Assembly: GCF_002113885.1 (NCBI RefSeq)
Contig: NW_018408752.1
Coordinates: forward strand, 413,624 to 477,623
From: Mizuhopecten yessoensis
Taxonomy: Eukaryota
DNA: 64,000 bases
Direction: 5' to 3'
Below the pieces are notes generated by a model. That model saw nothing but the letters and a program-made list of their open reading frames with translations. It searched no databases and was not told where the DNA came from. This document shows, piece after piece, positions 35,901 to 42,100 of the stretch. The number at the start of each line of letters is the position of its first letter. Positions within the stretch are counted from its first letter, which is position 1. The position numbers and the translations under genes are program-made.

Positions 35901-38656
35901 ACATCCACCTCGGCCGGTACCTCGTGTTAGGAGGTCGAGGATGGATAGTGGTCCGCATCATCGGAAGTCTGTGGCTGAGCCTGTTGTATCACCGCCTGTA
36001 AGTGACAGCAACGAGAGCTCGGATGAGGAATTTGTGGGTATGAACGTTCCTACTAACGTTCAACGGCCTCCCACACAGGACAAGGTGCAGCCGAGCAAGG
36101 ACATGACACCCGTACCTGGACCTCAGATCGACTTCAGTGATGAGGAGACATCGGAATCGGAACCGGAGGATGAACCTGCAGCTGCAGTACAGGGGAATAC
36201 TACTTCGCCTGATCCGGAGATTCCAATACCCCGACGATCGACAAGGAACAAACGACCGCCTAATTGGATGACATCAGGCGAGTTTGTTTGTTCACAACAA
36301 CCTGCTGGAGCGGAATGGAAGATGAAAGCCATGTTTCTGATGGACATAACATCTACAGCATCCTTCGGAGATATGCCAGCATCAGCCCAACAGGCATTGT
36401 TAAATATTTTAACTGGTTGAGTATGTGTGCCATTTTACGTAACGTTATTTGAACGTTAATATGCATTTGTATATGTAGTATGTATGTGTAAATGGAAACC
36501 CCATGGAAGATGAGGACATCTTTCATTTAAGCGGGGGAATACCTGATGAATTGGGGAGTTAATATATATTTTTTTGTTTTTTCCTCAGTTGCAGATTTTA
36601 TATTTGAATTGTGTGTAAATATTTTGCATGGACTTTTGTTATATTGTTTTATGTTTTATTTACATTATTTCCTGATCATGTAGATGAGGACATCTTCCAT
36701 CTAAGGAGGGGATAATGTAGTAGTGTCATTATTTGTCATTATTACTTTTAATATATTTGTGGTATTTAGCTATACGCGTTCGTATGTAACGGAAATCAGC
36801 CTTCCGTGTAATTTTGTACGTCACGCATTGCGGCAAAACTTTTAGCGCGCGCGCGGAAATAGCACGCGTAAATGCGAGTAAGGTACTGAGCGGATGTGAT
36901 GTAATGTGTTGTAAACCTGTTTGTCCAGTACGTATTGTCTATGTATAGAATACCTAGTATTGAATGTAGGGTAATTTACCTGGTGCACTGGTCACTTTGA
37001 ACAGAGCGGCCAGAGCGAGCACAGCGAACATTTGTACACCTATATCTTTACCTAGCCAGCATAGGAATTAAAAGAGGTAGCGGGCACTAGAGCCAAAAGC
37101 AAATAATGTAAGTACTCGCGTATAAATATAAGTTTAATTCATTATAGTATCTATTCAATAATATATTTAATTAACGTAATATTTTTGTTAAAAGTAAAGT
37201 TAATATTTTGAAAGTCTTTGTAAATTTAGAAATCGGGCGTGGTCAATTTAGTAGACAAGTGATTTCGAAGAAGCAAGTTTTTAATATATATTGTTTCCTT
37301 TTATAGCTTACATTGAACGAGTAAGACTGAGGACTCGGCGGACTTTGTCCGAGAAAACCCTCTTCACATTGAAGAGGTGGGTATTTTAATATATTTGTAA
37401 TTATGCTGTATTTCTATATAATATATAGATTGAATGTAACAGTTGTAATACGTATTCCATTATTGTAACTTATGTAACTCACTAGGCTACGGCCAGGTAG
37501 TTGTTTGACATGTCTTAGCTTATGTGATTGTATAAATGTTATATGTGTAGTAATATGATGTATTTCATGTTACAGGGTTTTTACTTACGTAATAAATTAA
37601 CTGAGAAAAGAACCCAGGAGTTGTCGTATATCCACGATAAAAGACGACTATTACAAAAACATACTTACATACCAAATCTTGTTAGCCCAGATCAGGGATG
37701 TGTAGTGGACCACTACACATCCCTGCCCAGATGCATCAGTTTTGCTGAAATTGTCCGACTACTACTAGTAAAGGAAGAGATGTCAGGACAAAGATTTTTA
37801 ATAAAGGGCAATAACTCCTTAAAAAGGGTAGAAATGAAAAAATACTAGCCTGATGCACGACATCAGGGGGTAATTACCATATCTGTAGTTTATGAGACAG
37901 ACAAAGATTTATTCAGCGAAGGGCCATAACTCCTTTTAAAAGGGTCCGAATGAAAAAGTATTACTTGGATGCACAACGTCGGGGGATGTATGCGATTCCA
38001 AGTTCAATTACCTCCTTTTCTTCTTCCGTCATTTTTTCTTCTAATTGTTTTAATTCATCTTCATTCGCCTCGCCTTCTTCCGCTGATTCATAGTTGTCAT
38101 CTTCTTCTGTTTCACTGTCAGAATCTTCATTTTCAAGAAGCTCCTCCAAGTTCACTCCTGCATTGGATTTGTTACCTTTGTCTTTAGAAAGTTCTTCGCA
38201 AAAGTCAAACTCGTTCACATCCGCACAGTTTGGTTCATCTGTTTCTTTCTTCACTTGTGAGTCTGACGTTTGACTAGTCACATCAAAAGATCCATTCGTG
38301 TTGATATCAGAGAAGTTAGCAGTTATGTCATCCATATCACTGCTATCTGTTACCTGGATTCCACGTTTTTCTATATCGTCATTGTCTTCCACCTGTACAC
38401 ATTTTCTATCCGTTCGGGAATGTCGCAGATCTACGTACCTTCCCTCTGTTTCCTTCTCACCTGTATTTTGCGGTGTCGCGATATTCGGCATATTATAACC
38501 ATCTGTTTCTTGAATTCCAGAACACATAACCGTATCGAAAGAATCGTGAAACTGTTCCTCCGTTTTGACGCCAGAAAAAGATGATTCATCACTGACATCA
38601 GACTCCCTTTCCACTTGTCGCACCACTGTGCCGACTTCCTCGACTGGGTTCGACAT
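26973..38656 (-). CDS. TTC1: Tetratricopeptide repeat protein 1; exons 38656-38012, 29379-29206, 28830-28645, 27640-27586, 27103-26973 (396 aa)
   Basis: Acidic N-terminus, three TPRs ([44 protein letters not shown]) and the TTC1 C-terminus [39 protein letters not shown]. All introns GT-AG and in phase. Confidence 0.95.
29787..29945. promoter_or_regulatory. Array of ETS-type motifs (ACTTCCGGT) at the Gypsy left terminus
   Basis: 6 exact and 3 variant copies spaced 17-21 bp apart. Confidence 0.65.
30983..32146 (+). CDS. gag: Gag, PNMA-like capsid with CCHC zinc knuckle
   Basis: [48 protein letters not shown] and [17 protein letters not shown] at 30983 follows an acceptor at 30974. Confidence 0.92.
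   Translation: MADSEEKLSQAEAILPQEEADSVEHVSKLFSQMGARPKGDSLVKLRSQMMDFLNSTGGLDTANPSMAGQGVSGNVVSQGIGSTTGTLDTRFYKLPLFSGDQGKGEATFDLWKYEVQCLIDTGKSQDVIGQSIRRSLKGTAARVAMRLGANATPAQLIAKLRSLYGIVDDQETLLENFYAAHQQPKENVTEWACRLEDLLLRADSGIGPAERNKRLHNKFWSGLRQDLRDVTGHKHDSIADYEELCIAVRSIERTRDNEKPSKATVTVNSAVEGEEKEDLRSVVNQLSAAIQRLEKQISDGGTTSWKNNRDHRNRNRGNSNNYGGGSVYHSKPSQEKTDQDDASWDRKPDIICWRCRQPGHIRARCRVNMDHSRSSVKGKESMKTDHS
32035..36420 (+). CDS. pol: Pol polyprotein (protease, RT, RNase H, integrase), in the -1 frame relative to gag
   Basis: LLDTGA protease, LDLKSGYHQ and YLDD RT, LHTDAS RNase H, HHCC and [16 protein letters not shown] integrase, GPY/F-like tail. No stops in 1461 codons. Confidence 0.97.
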   Translation: MLEVQTAGTYQSAMQGKYGSLAQFGKREGVYEDGPLIDFRIQGPNKSTKATRTGTQMVGNANEVDVNVEGKGTRALLDTGATVSTVSQHFYECHLSHLDLQPLDEILSIECADGQQLPYSGFIEAGVSFEGLFGRDEQRCLLLVVPNSNYNSKVPVLFGTNVLSVLLEGCRSRNGPKFLQKGLDTPWFLAFRCMTLRDRDLVRNRNSIGLVKNAGNMDCVLRPNSTITLKGYVDQRSAYPTTCAIMQPTERSKLSKDIDVTPTVFSYDCDSTHPLDVQLSNLTTHTFIIPPKAILCEIQPVIVQELPTVDGEVGIPKSFMDKIDFTNSAVTEEELQLGTKLIKGYEDIFSHGDTDLGCTNLVKHRIDLTDPVAFKQRHRRIPPSMYDEVKTHLQQLLSAGVIKPSYSPWSSNIVLVRKKDGSLRMCVDFRQLNQRTIRDAYALPRVEDILDCLAGSHYFTVLDLKSGYHQVELEEEHKERTAFTVGPLGFYEFTRMPFGLTNAPATFQRLMERCMGDLHLAICLIYLDDLIIFSRTYEEHLERLGKVFQRLRDNGLKLAPKKCQFFMNRVAYVGHIVTPEGIEADPKKIEKVRDWPTPSNPEELRQFLGFAGYYRKFVKDFSKIARPLTDLLPPTRVKKNKGRAKTKINGVKWTWASEHDTAFNGLKEALCNPPVLGYANYSQPFELHTDASTLGLGAVLYQEQDGQLRPICYASRGLSKSERNYPAHKLEFLALKWAVTEKFHDHLYGQTFTVLTDNNPLTYVLSKAKLDATGHRWLSALAAYNFDIKYRPGRNNADADALSRLPGCNISSESVQAVCKGATFCKGSLVESLSLSTEVLDMLDVDDEHGFQTMTPHQWRTLQTEDDVIGEWLPIIRRNLKPTRKRFSAIPENATLNRCWDSWKLKRGVLYRRVSDGETDVDQLVLPVAMREKVLTSLHNDIGHPGRDRTLSLLRDRFFWPGMTKDVETWLKECQRCLLRKSSTSIRAPLVNIVTTQPMELVCMDFLKLEASKGGFQDVLVITDHFTRYAKAIPTRSQSAKATAEALQGFIEHYGIPRRLHSDQGANFEGKVIESLCETFHITKSRTTPYHPSGNGMCERFNRTLIDMLGTLEPHQKKDWKSFVGSLTYAYNCTRHKTTGYSPFQLMFGRQPRLPVDLLCGVNEEITPTSMPDYVKNMRNRMSHSFSLASKKARESQSRQKAGYDLRSREAVLEPGDRVLVKVLAFEGRHKLADRWEPDVYIVQSQPNIDIPVYTILRESGEGKSRTLHRNHLLPIGTIPVEVDTVPIAHPPRPVPRVRRSRMDSGPHHRKSVAEPVVSPPVSDSNESSDEEFVGMNVPTNVQRPPTQDKVQPSKDMTPVPGPQIDFSDEETSESEPEDEPAAAVQGNTTSPDPEIPIPRRSTRNKRPPNWMTSGEFVCSQQPAGAEWKMKAMFLMDITSTASFGDMPASAQQALLNILTG
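32107..32166 (+). promoter_or_regulatory. Putative -1 ribosomal frameshift signal (G GTA AAA plus H-type pseudoknot)
   Basis: 5-nt spacer; stem 1 32119-32129/32141-32151; loop CGGACC pairs with GGTCCG at 32161-32166. Confidence 0.7.
36716..37655 (+). repeat. 3' LTR of the Gypsy element (940 bp, with no partner LTR)
   Basis: Starts TGTAGTAGT directly after the PPT, has AATAAA at 37591, and ends ACTATTACA. Confidence 0.85.
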
Positions 38657-39139
38657 TTTCACACACTGAATGTTCGTTATCAATATGTTATTTCAACAGC
38701 ATGCTATGCAAACCAATTAAATTACCGTTGTATATTCATCAATCAAACAACACTGCCAATATTTCTGACGTGAATTTCATGTTTCGTTTGCGCAATCTCG
38801 GTGTCAAATCATATCTTAACTGTAAAACCATTATCCTACCTCGCTTACAAAACATTTCGCTGACTACGATCAAATATACTCAAACTAAAATTAAGTAAGC
38901 GCACGGAGACAACTTTCCGGCTTTGTTAATTCCGGCTGAAATATTTTCTTAAAAGAATAAACGCGTCCTTATATTTGTGTGCGTTATTATGTTATTTTGA
39001 TAAAAAAATATTATCATCATTTGCTTTGTAACATTGAGTTTTAATCTGGCATATTTCTATTAACTCTTTCATGATATATGAAAAAATTTACATCGATCTG
39101 AAGTAGTTTATTTTATTAGTATTTGCATACCGGTTTCGT
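38657..39139. promoter_or_regulatory. Bidirectional promoter region shared by TTC1 and GATD3
   Basis: Divergent ATGs 483 bp apart; CpG-containing region with TTCCGG motifs near 38915-38935. Confidence 0.7.
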
Positions 39140-42100
39140 ATGGCTGGGACTTTGTGCAGCATCAGAAAGGCCCTGTTCTCAAGACACACAAGCATTGTCA
39201 GCAGTGCTCTACGGTGTCACTTCCATTCTTCTGGAATAATGAGTTCCAAAGTGGCTGTGGTAATGTCTGCAGAATGCATAAAATGGAATAATACTTTATA
39301 TTGTGTATATGCCCGTGTACAGTACACTGTGACTGTACAGTTGTCAGGTTGTAGTAGGATTATTTTTCTACTTCCAAATGTATTGAAGGGGAATTTACTT
39401 CCTGTTGAATTTTTGTTTGATTTCATTTATATTCATACGATTGTCTTATTAAGTTTCAAGGTCTTTTTAATTTTAACCAATGTGACCTGTCCACATTTAG
39501 TGGATAAGAACCCTGATTTACCTAACACCCTTAAAAGACGAGGAAACTTAATAAGACATTCGTATGTATATAAATGAAATAAAAAAAATCAACAGGAGGT
39601 AAATTCCCCTTGCAATTACATTTGAAAGTAGAAAAATAATCCTACTACAACTGTACACGGGCATATAACAGGTTGGGCACAATCACAGGTGCTCGGGTTC
39701 TGGAATATATGTGATATAATCGCACCCACTAGATATCGCACCCACTTATACTAATATATGATTTATTAGTATAAGGGGTGCGATATCTAGTGGGTGCGAT
39801 TATATCACATATATTCCAGAACCCGAGCACCTGTGGGCACAACGGCGCATATGGGTAATAATTCTGCATTTGGGTAACATCTTTGTATGTTATGGTTGAA
39901 TGCACGTCGAATCTACTTTCACTATCCTATATAAAAAATCAAAATTTTATGATGTATAATGTATAATGTTGGAAAAATATATATTGAATCCCTTTAAAAA
40001 AAAAAGGGATTCAATATATATTTTTCCAACATTATTGAAAGTTTGAATATCCCAGTTTTATTTGAATGTCAGGAAACTCCACTGACAGTCATCATATGCA
40101 GAAGTTGTGCACCTGTGTTTGTTTTTTCCCCCAGCTATTGTAGTTGGGAGAAAATATGCCACTTTACAAAATTCTCAACCAAATCTTGTCAGAAGTTCTC
40201 CCTACAGTACATTTTTTTTCAATAGAATTTTGCCAGCAGTGATCCTACTTACCTTCTTGAACAAGATGTATGTATAGTATGTATGAAACTTTTTAGACAT
40301 GATTGGGTACCGCATTACCTATAAAATCATTAAGTTTTGGTAAGATTGTCTTCCTAAGAATTGGACAGTCTCCAGGTTCAAAGACTTGTTTGATTCTTTT
40401 TGTATGGTATATCCGTGATCATTTGTCCTATCACAAGATAATTATTGCTGCCACCAATCCTTGTTAAATCTAGTGAGTTCCTTCAACGTTGTCTTTAGGA
40501 TTAAGACTTGGGGACTGACTGATGACCGCAAGTACACATGTAGGTCAAATCATGTGTTCGTTTTGACTGATAATTTGTAACAGGAGAGGAAAAATGCACG
40601 GCCAGACCGGGGTTCGAACCCGGGTCCCTCCAAACTCTTAGACAGATGCTCTACCAATTGAGCTATCTGGTCGCCGACGATCGACCCAGTCCAGTTCCGC
40701 TATATTCCTCCCTCCTTTAACAAAGTCTTCTACCCCGAAGACACACGAGACCCTATACCACCTTTCAATGATATTTTATTTTGCAGACTACATATGTATT
40801 ATGTTGCTGTTCTGTTTGTAGGTTTTGGCTGGGTGTGGTGTGTATGACGGAAGTGAAGTTCATGAAGCATCGGCGTAAGTGTCATTATTAATATGTTTTG
40901 CTTCTGTTTGATATCAAACCACTCTTAATGTTAGTTTTGCTGATACCTGTATGTACTTTTAAAACCAGCAAAGATTTAATATCTCAACATTTATCATACA
41001 TTTTCAGAAAAGTAAAACCATTGGGTATTCCACAATGTCACTGATGTGGATGGGATACCATACATTTGATCGGATAATTATCTACCGGTATGTCCATATA
41101 ACCTGTTAATCTATTTAACTTAAGCCACTTAAAGGCACCAGTATTTCATGCATGTTCCTTTACCGGTACATATACTGCTAAATCTATGTCTGTTTCACAA
41201 AACTGTCATGGGTTTTTGAAATTTAAATAAACAGCCTTCTTGGAGTTAAAATCAAGGAAAGAAATATCCTTATATATATATCCTTATATAGCAATACATT
41301 TTTATACGCCTGTCAAATTTGACGGAAGTATTATAGTATGGGGTTGTCCGTCCGGCGTAAACTTTTTTTGACCGATCTCTTTGAAACTTGGTATACATCA
41401 TAATCATGATATGAAGTTGTGTTTCCCTTAGAAGAATTTTGATTCAATATTTTTTCCAAAAGTTATTGCCCTTTGTTCATTTCAGTATTTGATTTTTGTC
41501 TGGCAATCCTCTCCTACATTTTTTAACGGATCTCTTTGAAACTTGGTATACATTATAATCATGATATGAAGTTGTGTCTCCCATTAAAGAATTTTGATTC
41601 GACAATTTCTGCAAAAGTTGTTGCCCTTTGTTCATTTCAGTATTTGATTTTTTGTTCAGAGATTTTCTCCTACATTTTTTATAGCATGTCAGCTAACCAC
41701 TCTTAAAATGATGCAGATCTTATTTCAATGTAAGAGAGTATATAACACTATATGGCATTCGACGGGCGTATATTGTTCTGCCCCGCAATTTCAAATTTTC
41801 GTTATTTATAAATAATGTATCGGTATTTTGAATGCTCGTCACACCTGTAATAACTGGAAACTTGTATAAACATGTATTTTTAGTCCAAATAGGAAAATAA
41901 AGACTGAAATTGGGAAAATGCAGTGTCATGTTTCGATTGGAAATTGGGGCCTGTATCGGTCCCTATAAACACCTGGCGAAAACCCTGCATGTGTTAAAAT
42001 CTTTGTTTGAATAACCAAAAGGCCCAAAGTGAGGATATTTTGGCCAAAAGCATGCTCGGATGAAGGGCTATCAAACAACTTTACCTGAATAACAAGAAGA

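Larger units (their letters stand above)
29760..37655 (+). mobile_element. Ty3/Gypsy retrotransposon in TTC1 intron 1, antisense to the host gene
   Basis: Ends TGTAGTAGT..ACTATTACA flanked by AAAA on both sides; intact gag and pol; PPT AAGGAGGGGATAA at 36703-36715. Confidence 0.93.
29561..37985. repeat. HINE-like host repeat split by the Gypsy insertion (29561-29759 and 37656-37985)
   Basis: Terminal motif AACTAGAACTGTAAGAC..CCCCCG on the left; duplicated AAGGGC(A/C)ATAACTCC subrepeats on the right, typical of the other HINE-like copies in this window. Confidence 0.5.

Noticed and set aside
36421-36715. env-like third ORF in the Gypsy element
   Set aside because: Only about 300 AT-rich bp lie between the pol stop and the LTR, with no ORF.
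40599-40672. Functional tRNA gene
   Set aside because: The anticodon stem does not pair properly and the unit is embedded in a dispersed repeat with decayed siblings.
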